A stretch of 64,000 nt of DNA from an uncultured archaeon (GCA_964447495.1 CAYUTF010000001.1:64870-128869), one strand, 5' to 3'. Counted from the stretch's first letter, positions 1 through 9,873 are shown. The notes: generated by a model not told the origin, from the sequence alone. Made by a program: numbers and translations.

Positions 1-185
1 TCGGAATAGGAAAATTACTTTTAGAAAAAGCGATAGAACATCTTCAAAAGATAAAAGTAGAAAAAATTAAAGTAAATATAAAAGAAAAGGCGAAGCAAGC
101 AGCTAATCTATATTCGACAATGAATTTTAAGAAAGTATATGAAGTCTTAGAGTTAGATCTGTCTAAGGATAACCAGGTTGGATAA
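1..185 (+). CDS. 3' end of a GNAT-type N-acetyltransferase (partial, runs off window start)
   Basis: Frame 3 is open from the window edge to TAA at 183-185. It translates to GIGKLLLEKAIEHLQKIKVEKIKVNIKEKAKQAANLYSTMNFKKVYEVLELDL, which resembles GNAT motif A (GxG) followed by the C-terminal LY..GF-type segment. Confidence 0.45.
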   Translation, partial: GIGKLLLEKAIEHLQKIKVEKIKVNIKEKAKQAANLYSTMNFKKVYEVLELDLSKDNQVG

Positions 186-188
186 TTA

Positions 189-1163
189 ATGCATTCAGAA
201 TTGATTCCTTGGGTTGAAAAGTATAGACCTAATTCATTTAATGATATTGTCAGTCAAAATGTGGCTATCAATAATCTAAAAGGTTTTGTTGAAAGTCCAA
301 GTATGCCTCATATGATATTAACTGGTCCTGCAGGTACAGGTAAAACCAGCACAGCTTTAATAATAGCGAAAGCAATTATTGGGAATGAGTTGTACCATCG
401 AAATGTGTTAGAATTAAATGCTTCTGACACTGTAAGGATGGATTATGTGAGAAATGTCATTAAAGAATTTGTTGCTCAAAAAATGATTTTAAATAAAAAG
501 GTATTAAAAGTCATAATCTTAGATGAAGCGGATAATATTCCAACCCAAGTTCAGCAAGCATTGAGGAGGATAATAGAGAAGTCTTCTGAGGACGTAAAAT
601 TTATTTTATTATGTAATTATATTAATCGAATTATAGATCCGATAATCTCCAGATGTGCTGTATTTAGATTTGTGAAGCTTTCGAAGGAGAAGATAATTGA
701 GCGCTTAAAATTTATTGTTAAAAACGAAAACTTACATATTCCAAAAGATACAGAAGAAAAGTTTTATGACACTCTGTTCTTTATTTCAGGAGGAGATTTG
801 AGAAAAGCAATTAATACCTTACAAATGGCAGTTGCATTAGAAATAATTGAGAACTTAAACATTGATGAATTACTAAGAATAACGGGTTTTTTAGATGAAA
901 AAACGTTGAATATTTTAAAAAAAATGATAATAAATCGAGATTTCAAAAGTATCAGAGAATTAATTGGAAACTTAGAAAAAATTGATAGTAGAAATTTAAT
1001 TAGACAATTATTTGAGAATTTAAACGAATTGAAATTCAGAAAGGAAAATTATAATCAATTAATTTCATATTTTGGTGAGATTGACTATAGGATAAGTCAA
1101 GGTGCAGATGAAAAATTTCAGATCATAGCTCTTGTGGCAAATATAATAGAAAAATTAACTTAA
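189..1163 (+). CDS. rfcS: Replication factor C small subunit
   Basis: 324 aa. RFC box PWVEKYRP, Walker A GPAGTGKTS, Walker B ILDEADNI (DEAD) and SRC arginine-finger motif ISRCAVFRF. Confidence 0.93.
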   Translation: MHSELIPWVEKYRPNSFNDIVSQNVAINNLKGFVESPSMPHMILTGPAGTGKTSTALIIAKAIIGNELYHRNVLELNASDTVRMDYVRNVIKEFVAQKMILNKKVLKVIILDEADNIPTQVQQALRRIIEKSSEDVKFILLCNYINRIIDPIISRCAVFRFVKLSKEKIIERLKFIVKNENLHIPKDTEEKFYDTLFFISGGDLRKAINTLQMAVALEIIENLNIDELLRITGFLDEKTLNILKKMIINRDFKSIRELIGNLEKIDSRNLIRQLFENLNELKFRKENYNQLISYFGEIDYRISQGADEKFQIIALVANIIEKLT

Positions 1164-1178
1164 CTAAAGGTGTTATAA

Positions 1179-2225
1179 GTGAGTGATACGATCCCGATTT
1201 GGCGCATAAAATATTTACCACATTCATTAAAAGAGATTTGTGGAAGAAAAGACTTAATTGAAAGACTTTCAGATATTATTAAGGAACGGAATTTTCCTCA
1301 TTTATTATTTGTTGGACAAGAAGGAATAGGAAAAACAACAATCGCAACATTATTTTCTGAGGCGTTCTTAGGGAAATATTTTAAAAGTAATTTTCAGAAA
1401 GTTTATGCTAATGTTCCCCTAACTAGTGAAGAATTGAAGCAAGCTCGTTCTGAAGCGTATGTTTCTACGAGTAAATTAGGAAGCTTAGCCGGTAAAACAA
1501 TTACGACGCCTGCCTTTATACAAATAAAAGTCAAACCATTTATAGAATTAAAAGCACTGGGAGATGTCCCATTTAAAATATTAATTGTGAAAAATTTTGA
1601 AGCTCTAGGATCAAATCAACAAGCTTTTAGAAGATTGATGGAGATTTATGGAACCAATTGTCGTATGATGTTAATTACTACAAAGATATCAGCCATTATA
1701 GATCCAATTATAAGTAGATGCCAAATCTTCTTGATATCACCTCCTAAATTTGAAGCGTTTGATGGTTTGATTCGATATATCGTGGATAAAGAAGATTTAG
1801 ATATCGAGGAGAATACTATTAAGTTACTCTATAATATCACTGGCGGAAGGATTTCGAATGCTCTTGATTTGCTACAATTAGCGAGTATCAGTGGGAAAAA
1901 AATTGATAGTGATAAACTATATGAAAATTTAATGACTTCTCAGAGCGATTTAATAAGAAATCTCTTATTAATTTGCTTAAAAGGAGATTTTCCAAAAGCA
2001 AGAGAATTATCAAGAAAAATTCAAACAAGTTATAAATACAATTCTAAAGAAGTGTTTAATTTCTTGTTGAAAGAATTGTTTAAACTTCCTATTAGTCGTT
2101 ACGCTCGAAATCATATTATTAATCTTATTGCTGAGGCGGATTATAGAGCTATAGATGGTATGGATATAGATATTCAAATATCAAATTTAATGGCTAAAAT
2201 TTGTAATTTTGCAGAACTATTATAG
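1179..2225 (+). CDS. Divergent second RFC small-subunit paralogue (Walker B lost)
   Basis: 348 aa. GTG start 15 nt after the rfcS stop, preceded by AAGGTG. IWRIKYLP aligns to the RFC box. Walker A is GQEGIGKTT and the SRC motif is ISRCQIFL, but the DEAD position reads VKNFEA. About 25 extra residues lie between the P-loop and that position. Confidence 0.8.
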   Translation: MSDTIPIWRIKYLPHSLKEICGRKDLIERLSDIIKERNFPHLLFVGQEGIGKTTIATLFSEAFLGKYFKSNFQKVYANVPLTSEELKQARSEAYVSTSKLGSLAGKTITTPAFIQIKVKPFIELKALGDVPFKILIVKNFEALGSNQQAFRRLMEIYGTNCRMMLITTKISAIIDPIISRCQIFLISPPKFEAFDGLIRYIVDKEDLDIEENTIKLLYNITGGRISNALDLLQLASISGKKIDSDKLYENLMTSQSDLIRNLLLICLKGDFPKARELSRKIQTSYKYNSKEVFNFLLKELFKLPISRYARNHIINLIAEADYRAIDGMDIDIQISNLMAKICNFAELL

Positions 2226-3590
2226 GTGAAAAGATTGGAAGCTAATCAAAATATCCCTTGGGTCGAGAAATATCGTCCAAAATCTATAAGAGAGATGGCA
2301 ATACCTCAAGCTAAAGTTAATGGCCATAGAGTAGCGTTAGATGATGAATTAAGGACTTTCATTAAGAATTTCTTCAATGATATCCATAAAATTAATGAAG
2401 AAAACAAAAAAATCCGAACCTTTAATCGAAATACTGATGATAAGCACCAAAAGGAAGAATTAAAAATTCCTCCAGAAAAAGCAGCGGTATTATTAGAAGG
2501 TCCCCCTGGTATTGGTAAAACTTCTATAGTATATGCTTTAGCAAATGATTTAAATATGGAGGTCGTTGAAACAAATGCCTCGGATACAAGAACAAGGGAT
2601 GCCTTAGAATCCAAATTAAAAGAAACGACAAAATCAAGAGGGATTATGGATTTTATTGTTATATCAAAAGATAAACTAATTCTTATAGACGAAATTGATG
2701 GAATTTATGGCGTGACAGACAGAGGAGCAGTTCCTACCATTTTGGAACTAGTTGAAAATACACAATTCCCAATAATTATGTGTTCAAATGAATACAAAAA
2801 GAATCTTCAACCCCTTTATAATAAAATACGCAAATTTGAAATAAATCCATTATCCAAAGATGAAATACTTAAAATCATAAAAATCATTATAAAAAAAGAA
2901 AAAATTACTGAATTGAAATTAGAGGATTTAGATTTAATAATTGAAAAAAACAATGGAGATTTAAGGGGAATTATTAATGATCTTCAAGGAATAACTCAAG
3001 GAGGGATAGATAAAGATAATAAGGATTTAATTTCTCATTTACATAGAGATAGTAATGAAGAAATATTCTCTGTAATCCGAGATCTGTTTCAAAAAGCAAG
3101 TACATTACAAGAGGCTCGAAGGATCACTGATAAGTCAGATGTCGACTATAATTTTCTCTATAAATGGGTCAATGAAAATTTACCCACTTTTATCAGGAAA
3201 AATAAGGAATTAGAAAATGCATATGAAAACTTATCATTAGCAGATGAAATATTTGGTCGAATTCGGAAAAATCAATACTGGTCACTTTTACCATATTTTT
3301 ATGATCTCTTCTCAGGAGGAGTCATATTATCCCGAAAATATCATCCAAAAAATGAAGGTTTTAGAAGAATCGTGTTCCCCCGATTTACTTCGACAGGGTT
3401 TTTCTCTCTATCAACTGCTGAGCAATCATTTGTTGATAAGGTAAAAGAAAAATATAATATCTCTGAAATTGAAGTAATTCAAAATTTATTACCGTTTTTA
3501 AAAAAACTATCTTCTAATTCAAGAAAACACCTTAAACTTATTAGTGATTGGCTTGAATTAGATGCTAAGGAAAAAAAATTATTGAAATAA
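2226..3590 (+). CDS. rfcL: Replication factor C large subunit
   Basis: 454 aa. GTG start directly abuts the preceding TAG. PWVEKYRPKSI, Walker A GPPGIGKTS and Walker B LIDEIDG, with a long helical C-terminal domain typical of archaeal RfcL. Confidence 0.85.
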   Translation: MKRLEANQNIPWVEKYRPKSIREMAIPQAKVNGHRVALDDELRTFIKNFFNDIHKINEENKKIRTFNRNTDDKHQKEELKIPPEKAAVLLEGPPGIGKTSIVYALANDLNMEVVETNASDTRTRDALESKLKETTKSRGIMDFIVISKDKLILIDEIDGIYGVTDRGAVPTILELVENTQFPIIMCSNEYKKNLQPLYNKIRKFEINPLSKDEILKIIKIIIKKEKITELKLEDLDLIIEKNNGDLRGIINDLQGITQGGIDKDNKDLISHLHRDSNEEIFSVIRDLFQKASTLQEARRITDKSDVDYNFLYKWVNENLPTFIRKNKELENAYENLSLADEIFGRIRKNQYWSLLPYFYDLFSGGVILSRKYHPKNEGFRRIVFPRFTSTGFFSLSTAEQSFVDKVKEKYNISEIEVIQNLLPFLKKLSSNSRKHLKLISDWLELDAKEKKLLK

Positions 3591-3836
3591 TTATCTACTC
3601 ATAAATTAGTAGTTTTAAATATCAAAAATGTTAATTTTAAAAAGCATAATTTCAAAGAATAGAATTATATTTGTGAAAACTTAGTTGAGTTCATGTTTAA
3701 TACTAAAAGGGATATAGATGTAAAATATAAGCCAAAAAACGTCTTAATTTTTCTCAATTTTTGACCTAATCTTTAACCCATTAACCTTTTAAATAAATTG
3801 AAATTTCAATTAACTAATAAAAAGTAATTAGAACTC

Positions 3837-4529
3837 GTGATAAAAATGTCTAATTTAGAAGGAAAGGAAATATTTGAAGAAAAAGAATCATTTATGGCTA
3901 AAAGATCACAATTAACCTTACAAATTGTAGGCGCTGCGTTATTTAGTGCGCTTTCGATAGTAGTTGGGACTTTATTAACTCCCACTTTAACAAATCTGTT
4001 AAGAATTCCGGGTTGGTTTATTGCAATCATTGATTTAATATCTCTTGTATGGATCGTCTGTTTTTATCTATTTGGAGTAAAGGCTGGCATTTTATGTTGT
4101 ATTATTGGAACTATAGGTTTAATGCCATTCGATCCTACAGGAGTAATTGGCCCTCTTATGAAATTAGCAGCAACTTTATCTTTAATTAGTGTCCCTATTA
4201 TCTTCCTAAGGTTATATAAACGAAGTGAAGGAACAAGAAATAGTAAAAAATTAAAAAACCCTCGTAATTTAATGATTTATGGAGCTTTAGGAACTCTATT
4301 GAGAATTTTTGTTATGGTTATACTTAATGTAGTAGTATTTTTAACCGTTTTTTCACTTTTTCTCGATCAAATTAGTTTAGAATTTTTAGGTTTGCCTCAG
4401 ATTACCGGGTTGACAGCAGTCCTTATAGGTGCACCAATAATTAATGCTTGGCAAAGTGTACTTGATCTTGGAATCCCTTATCTTCTTGTATATAGTACTA
4501 ACTTGGATGAAAAATTAAACGTGTGGTAA
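3837..4529 (+). CDS. Polytopic membrane protein (possibly ECF S-component-like; function unknown)
   Basis: 230-aa ORF with about 5-6 hydrophobic helices. An ATG at 3846 is an alternative start. No catalytic motifs recognised. Confidence 0.55.
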   Translation: MIKMSNLEGKEIFEEKESFMAKRSQLTLQIVGAALFSALSIVVGTLLTPTLTNLLRIPGWFIAIIDLISLVWIVCFYLFGVKAGILCCIIGTIGLMPFDPTGVIGPLMKLAATLSLISVPIIFLRLYKRSEGTRNSKKLKNPRNLMIYGALGTLLRIFVMVILNVVVFLTVFSLFLDQISLEFLGLPQITGLTAVLIGAPIINAWQSVLDLGIPYLLVYSTNLDEKLNVW

Positions 4530-4730
4530 AATATTAATATTTAAAAAATCTCTTTCTTTTCTTATTCAAATTATACTTTTTTTATGACAAAAATATCACG
4601 ATAGTTGATTTTGGATAAAGTATGACTCCTTTTAGAGAAAATGAAGAAGCAAAAGTTAAGAGAAAATGATTAATTTACTAAAATATTTTTAATTATTAGT
4701 CAAAATCTCTTTTATTTAACACGATAAATT

Positions 4731-5987
4731 ATGATTCACCAAGAAATTAAAGATTTTATATTAGAGGATGTGATCAGTCGTTTTTTAAGATATGTTCAGG
4801 TGTGGACTACCTCGGATGAGAATTCAACGACTTTTCCATCAACTAAAAATCAATATGAATTAGGAAAATTAATAGTTAAAGAATTAGAAGAGTTAAATTT
4901 AGCAAATATAATTCAAGATGAATATAGCTATGTCTACGCAGATTTACCAGCAACTAAAGGAGTGGAAAATATAACCCCAATAGGACTAATAGCACATTTA
5001 GACACATCTAATATGGTTAGTGGAAAAAATGTAAAACCAACCATCCATAAAAATTATGATGGTAAACCAATTCTTTTTTCTCATGATAAGGATTTATTTT
5101 TAACCTTCGAAGATTCTCCGGAATTAGAAAGCTATATTGGATATGATATCATTACCTCTGCGGGAGATTCTTTATTAGGTGCTGATGATAAAGCAGGTAT
5201 CGCAGAAATTATAACAGCATGCTCGGTATGGAATAAATATCCTGAACTAAAGCACGGACCGATTACACTATGTTTTACACCAGATGAAGAGGTGGGAAAA
5301 GGAACTTTAAAAATAGATAAACAACGATTACCTAAAATATGTTATACTTTAGATGGTTCTGATGCGGGAGAGCTAGAGATTGAATGCTTTGATGCACGTA
5401 AAGCAACTTTAACTTTTAATGGTGTTAGTGTTCATCCGGGATATGCAAAGAATTTAATGATAAATGCTATTCATGTTGCGAGTAGATTTATGAGTGATCT
5501 TCCCGAATTCCAATCCCCTGAACATACGGAAGAAAAAGAGGGTTTTTTTCATTTAATGCAATTGCAAGGAACAGAAGAAAAAGCGACTGGATTAATATTA
5601 TTGAGAGACTTTGCTGCAATGAATAATGAAAAGAAAAAGGAATACCTAAATCAGTTAAAATCTGTATATGAATTGAAGTATCCTGGATTAAAAATAGATC
5701 TCAAGTATGAATATCAATATAAAAATATGTTGACTTATTTAGAAAAACAGCCAAAAGTAGTCGATTTAGCAAAAGAGGCGATAAAAATGGCAGAGCTAGA
5801 GATCAAAATGCATCCAATAAGAGGTGGCACCGATGGTGCGAAATTAAGCGAGATGGGAATACCTACTCCCAATCTATTCACCGGCGGGATGTTATTTCAT
5901 TCAAAAAAAGAATATATTCCAACCATCTCAATGCAGAAAGCATGTGAAGTGATTTTATATTTAGCAGATCTATGGACAGATACGTGA
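4731..5987 (+). CDS. pepT: Peptidase T (tripeptide aminopeptidase, M20B)
   Basis: 418 aa. M20 metal-ligand motifs IAHLDTS, GADDKAGIAEI and TPDEEVG, with PepT-typical length and a C-terminal IRGGTDGA segment. Confidence 0.9.
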   Translation: MIHQEIKDFILEDVISRFLRYVQVWTTSDENSTTFPSTKNQYELGKLIVKELEELNLANIIQDEYSYVYADLPATKGVENITPIGLIAHLDTSNMVSGKNVKPTIHKNYDGKPILFSHDKDLFLTFEDSPELESYIGYDIITSAGDSLLGADDKAGIAEIITACSVWNKYPELKHGPITLCFTPDEEVGKGTLKIDKQRLPKICYTLDGSDAGELEIECFDARKATLTFNGVSVHPGYAKNLMINAIHVASRFMSDLPEFQSPEHTEEKEGFFHLMQLQGTEEKATGLILLRDFAAMNNEKKKEYLNQLKSVYELKYPGLKIDLKYEYQYKNMLTYLEKQPKVVDLAKEAIKMAELEIKMHPIRGGTDGAKLSEMGIPTPNLFTGGMLFHSKKEYIPTISMQKACEVILYLADLWTDT

Positions 5988-6005
5988 AGATAGAGAAAAA
6001 TAAAA

Positions 6006-7238
6006 TTATTTTTTGATTATTTTTGAAAAATCCGTAATGGTAAAAATAATAATGCATAGGAGTAATAAGATCGATACATAAATGAACGCCACTGTGTAAG
6101 AGAAAGAGTTATAGATAAAACCAAATATTAGAGATTCACCGAGTGAGATTAACCCCACCGAAAAATAATAATATCCATAAGCCCTTCCCCTTTTATTTTT
6201 TCCGACAAGGTCAGCAATATAGGCTCTTGAAATAGGATCAACGGAGGCCATATAAAATCCAAACATTATCCATATTATTATAATTAAGATTAATGAAAAG
6301 AGGGTAATTTCAACGGGAACTGCCAGTATGATCGATAATACTAATAATATGGACAAACCCGTTATTATCACTGGTTTTCTCCCTATTTTATCCGATAAAG
6401 AACCCATGAATGGTGAGAGAGCCATATAAACAATATTTGAAATCAAATATAGAACTGGTATGAAGAAATCTGCGAATAAGTAATCGATGGACCTGAGTTG
6501 TAAAAAGGAAATATTAATGGATGCAAATTCGATTACACCAAGGATGATTATTAACTTTATAAAGTTCTTATCAATTCGATCAACTCTCGTTGACGTAGTC
6601 TGAAATTTCATTATCTCCTTCAATTTTGCTGAATCCACGTCCTTTACAAAAAGGATCAAAATAATGGCACAGATACCGGGTATTATTGTGAACAAGATGA
6701 TTTGCTGATATGTCCATGCAAAATATAATAAAATAAATGCCATAATTGCTCCAAGAACTGCCCCTAAAGTATCCATGGCTCGATGAATACCAAATGATTT
6801 TCCCTTCTCAATAGCATAGTAGGAAATAAGCGTATCTCTCGCAGAAGTTCGAAGTCCTTTGCCAGCTCTATCTATAGCTTTCAATCCCAATACCATTTCC
6901 CAAGAAGGACTGAAAGCCATTAATGGTTTTGAAAGATTAGAAACTGTATAACCAGCTACTACAAACGGTTTTCTTCTATTAATTTTATCGCTCATCCATC
7001 CCGATAATCCTTTTAGAATGTTTGAAATGGCTTCAGTTATTCCCGAAATGATCCCGATTACAAATGCCGTTCCTCCTATCGAAATTATAAATAAGGGGAA
7101 AAAACTTTGAATTGATTCACTTGAGATGTCAGTAAATAGTGAAACTAACCCCATTATGAATATAGGCAATGCTACTCCGAATATTGTTCTTTTACTATTA
7201 CTTCCTTCTTTAGGTTCACTCATAAGTCCTTGAATCAA
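6006..7238 (-). CDS. MFS-type transporter
   Basis: 410 aa with about 12 predicted TM helices in two halves. Basic loops such as DKINRRKP and DKIGRKP resemble the MFS D-R/K-x-G-R-R/K motif. Confidence 0.75.
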   Translation of the reverse strand: MIQGLMSEPKEGSNSKRTIFGVALPIFIMGLVSLFTDISSESIQSFFPLFIISIGGTAFVIGIISGITEAISNILKGLSGWMSDKINRRKPFVVAGYTVSNLSKPLMAFSPSWEMVLGLKAIDRAGKGLRTSARDTLISYYAIEKGKSFGIHRAMDTLGAVLGAIMAFILLYFAWTYQQIILFTIIPGICAIILILFVKDVDSAKLKEIMKFQTTSTRVDRIDKNFIKLIIILGVIEFASINISFLQLRSIDYLFADFFIPVLYLISNIVYMALSPFMGSLSDKIGRKPVIITGLSILLVLSIILAVPVEITLFSLILIIIIWIMFGFYMASVDPISRAYIADLVGKNKRGRAYGYYYFSVGLISLGESLIFGFIYNSFSYTVAFIYVSILLLLCIIIFTITDFSKIIKK

Positions 7239-7272
7239 AAATATTTTTATTCTGTTAATAGAATTTAATAAG

Positions 7273-8994
7273 TTATATATTGAGTAATGGTTTTAAAACT
7301 GTACTAATTCCTAACACGTTAGAAACTACTGCGGCAAAAAATAATTGTATTATATTAAAGGAGCTTAAAATAGTAAGACTAAAGCTCTTCGTATTTTCAT
7401 ATATTAGGGTATTTTGAATAATTACAACTGAAAAAATCGCATACAAAAATATTACTGATGGAAAAAACAACCATGAAGAGGTTAGTGAAATCAGAAATAT
7501 TTGAATGAAAATTGAGATGGCTATAATCCACAAAGACTTCTTTCTTTCAGTTTTTAAGAAAGTGAGCTGGGGATATAGTATTTTTCTGTAAAAAATTTCG
7601 ATTGAAAAATATATGGGAAATGCGAGTTCAGCAACAAGAATCTGTATAAAATTTGAGGGCCACATAAAAGCAAATGGATATGAGAAAGAAAAGAGTATAT
7701 AAATTCCAATGAAATAAAAGCTCGCAAAAAGAGCAAAAATAACATGCTTTAAGCGAAATTGAAATTTCAATAAAGTTTTAAATTGAAGCCACCCAAATTT
7801 AACCTTATCGAGCTTTAGTTTGTTATAGTAATTTATCATTTTAATTAAAAGATAGATTATAGTAATATTTAACGAAGCATAAAAGATACCAATTAATCCA
7901 AAGATTCTTTCAAATATTTCCCAGTTAAGTAGAAACATACCCGTATAGATTACTATTTTGGCTATTTTATATGATTCATGGATTCGGGGGTGTTTTGGAT
8001 TGTTCTCAGTTGGTGCAGTATCTTGGTCCTCATCTTTATAGGTAAAAAATTGAGCCATGTATGAAGTGAGTAATAACACTATCAAAAAGAGTAAAGCCAT
8101 ACAAACTAACAATACAACATAATTGATTATAAACGTAATATATATTGGACCGTTAATTATTTCTGAGTGGAAAAAATAATTTTCAAACCATTCAATAGAT
8201 TCAATTAAGACAACATCAGAAAAAAGTTGATGCCCACCACCTAATAAAGGCGTTGTTATAGGAATAACAGTACAATTAGTCAATTCTTGGGCCTTAATAG
8301 CATTTTCAGTAAAATTTAGCATCTCATCTTCAACATGCATTATGATTAATAGATTATGAGTATTAGTTTCATTTATTAAATTAACTGGAATATAATCCTC
8401 ATAATATTCATTCTGAATAATACCTAATTGCTGAGGTTTGAAATTTACTAATGGTGCCCAAGCAACTGTTATGTTGAATCGAGGATCGAGTGCTTGATTC
8501 ATGAGCACTACCATCCCTCCCATTGAATGACCGATGAGACCGATCTGAGAGAGATTTACATTCAAATAGAATGAATATGTTTCTAAAGTATCTAATAAAT
8601 CTGAACAGGCTTGTGCTATTGCGGGTCTTTTTGTTACTGGATTAATATCAATTACATTACCACCACTCTCACCATGCCCTTGATAATCAAGTGATGCTAC
8701 ATAAAATCCCCTTTTTGTAAATTCAATGGGAATTCTTAAATCAAAATCTCTCTGACTTCCTATTCCATGACAATAAATCAATAAGGGTCGTTTATCTTGA
8801 AAATCTAATGATTTTGTGGGATAATATAAATTTGCATACAGAAAAGATCCAGAGGATTCAAATTGTATTCGTTCATATCGACTATAACTTTGTAATTTGT
8901 TGACATGGAGATAAGTAAGTGAGATAGCTAAAAAAATGATGAGAATGATAATTCTTTTAAAAAATTTTATGTCTGTAGTGGTTAATTTATCCAT
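7273..8994 (-). CDS. Secreted alpha/beta hydrolase fused to a C-terminal polytopic membrane domain
   Basis: 573 aa. N-terminal signal anchor (IIILIIFLAISLTYL), HG oxyanion motif (YCHGIGS), nucleophile elbow GHSMGG and a late GGGH. About 8 TM helices follow from roughly residue 285. Confidence 0.7.
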   Translation of the reverse strand: MDKLTTTDIKFFKRIIILIIFLAISLTYLHVNKLQSYSRYERIQFESSGSFLYANLYYPTKSLDFQDKRPLLIYCHGIGSQRDFDLRIPIEFTKRGFYVASLDYQGHGESGGNVIDINPVTKRPAIAQACSDLLDTLETYSFYLNVNLSQIGLIGHSMGGMVVLMNQALDPRFNITVAWAPLVNFKPQQLGIIQNEYYEDYIPVNLINETNTHNLLIIMHVEDEMLNFTENAIKAQELTNCTVIPITTPLLGGGHQLFSDVVLIESIEWFENYFFHSEIINGPIYITFIINYVVLLVCMALLFLIVLLLTSYMAQFFTYKDEDQDTAPTENNPKHPRIHESYKIAKIVIYTGMFLLNWEIFERIFGLIGIFYASLNITIIYLLIKMINYYNKLKLDKVKFGWLQFKTLLKFQFRLKHVIFALFASFYFIGIYILFSFSYPFAFMWPSNFIQILVAELAFPIYFSIEIFYRKILYPQLTFLKTERKKSLWIIAISIFIQIFLISLTSSWLFFPSVIFLYAIFSVVIIQNTLIYENTKSFSLTILSSFNIIQLFFAAVVSNVLGISTVLKPLLNI

Positions 8995-9189
8995 AATATT
9001 ATGATTGCTTGTTATTATAGTGATTATAGTATTATCCTTTTATATTTAAAATTGTTTCGGGAAAATACAATATATAATATTCTTTTTCGATATTCAGAGG
9101 TTAAATTAATTATTATAGAATCAAACCTTATATGGAGACTTTGCGTTAAATTTATATCAATTCATTGAAATTATATATTGTGAATTCTA

Positions 9190-9873
9190 ATGTCAGATAA
9201 AAATACTTTAAATGTGATTGATGGGACTTTAAGGTCAGTAGAAAAAAACTTCAAAGAATTTATCGAAGTTTTAGAGTCTGCTAAGAATGAATTAATAGCA
9301 TTGGAAAATGATAAAGGGCAATTGAGTCATGACAAAGAATTACTTGAATACGAGAAGGGACAACTTCAAGAAGCAACGAAAATGTTAGAGAAGGAAAAAG
9401 ACAAACTTGAAAGAGATAAAGAATTATTAGAAACGGAAAAATTAAAACTAGAGAAAGAAAAAGAGGAAAAAGAGCAAAAAATTGGCACTATGACTGAAGA
9501 ACAGACACGATTGCTAAAAGAATATGAAAAAGTTAAGGTGGAATTATCAAAATTTGCAAAATTAGCAGAAGAAGCTGAATCACAGGAACTAAATTTTGAC
9601 AAGATACAAGCATTACTTTCAATTTTTCGGGTACTTGTAGAGAAGATTTGGCAAGGTCAGCCTCACTATAAGGTTTTAAAAGTCCTTCATGGTGCAAAGG
9701 AAGTTATGACAAGAGAAGAATTGAAAAATACCACAGGTATTGGTGGAGCTTATATTTTAAGAGCTGTGCAAGAACTAGCAAATGTTAATTTAGTAGAACA
9801 TGATATTGATACTGGAACTGTCACTTTGAGGCAACGATTATATGCGAAGGAAGTATTGGATGATAATATGTAA
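9190..9873 (+). CDS. Coiled-coil protein with C-terminal winged-helix (wHTH) domain
   Basis: 227 aa. Residues about 30-125 are K/E/L-rich heptad-like (LEKEKDKLERDKELLETEKLKLEKEKEEKEQK). The last roughly 62 aa (LHGAKEVMTREELKNTTGIGGAYILRAVQELANVNLVEHD...) look like a MarR/TrmB-like wHTH. Confidence 0.65.
   Translation: MSDKNTLNVIDGTLRSVEKNFKEFIEVLESAKNELIALENDKGQLSHDKELLEYEKGQLQEATKMLEKEKDKLERDKELLETEKLKLEKEKEEKEQKIGTMTEEQTRLLKEYEKVKVELSKFAKLAEEAESQELNFDKIQALLSIFRVLVEKIWQGQPHYKVLKVLHGAKEVMTREELKNTTGIGGAYILRAVQELANVNLVEHDIDTGTVTLRQRLYAKEVLDDNM

Noticed and set aside
764-946. Antisense or alternative-frame ORFs from the six-frame track lying entirely inside strong genes. Examples: 764-946, 2306-2614, 3244-3444, 3806-4030, 7554-7745, 14491-14796, 15673-15888 and 16647-16868.
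   Set aside because: Each is embedded in a gene with clear family motifs on the other strand or frame. Their products are low-complexity, Leu/Ser/Phe-rich sequences typical of antisense translation of AT-rich coding DNA.
9366-9602. 78-aa Ser/Phe-rich ORF antisense to the coiled-coil gene.
   Set aside because: It is the reverse-complement reading of the GAA/AAA-rich K/E repeat, which gives TTC/TTT codons. This is a compositional artefact.
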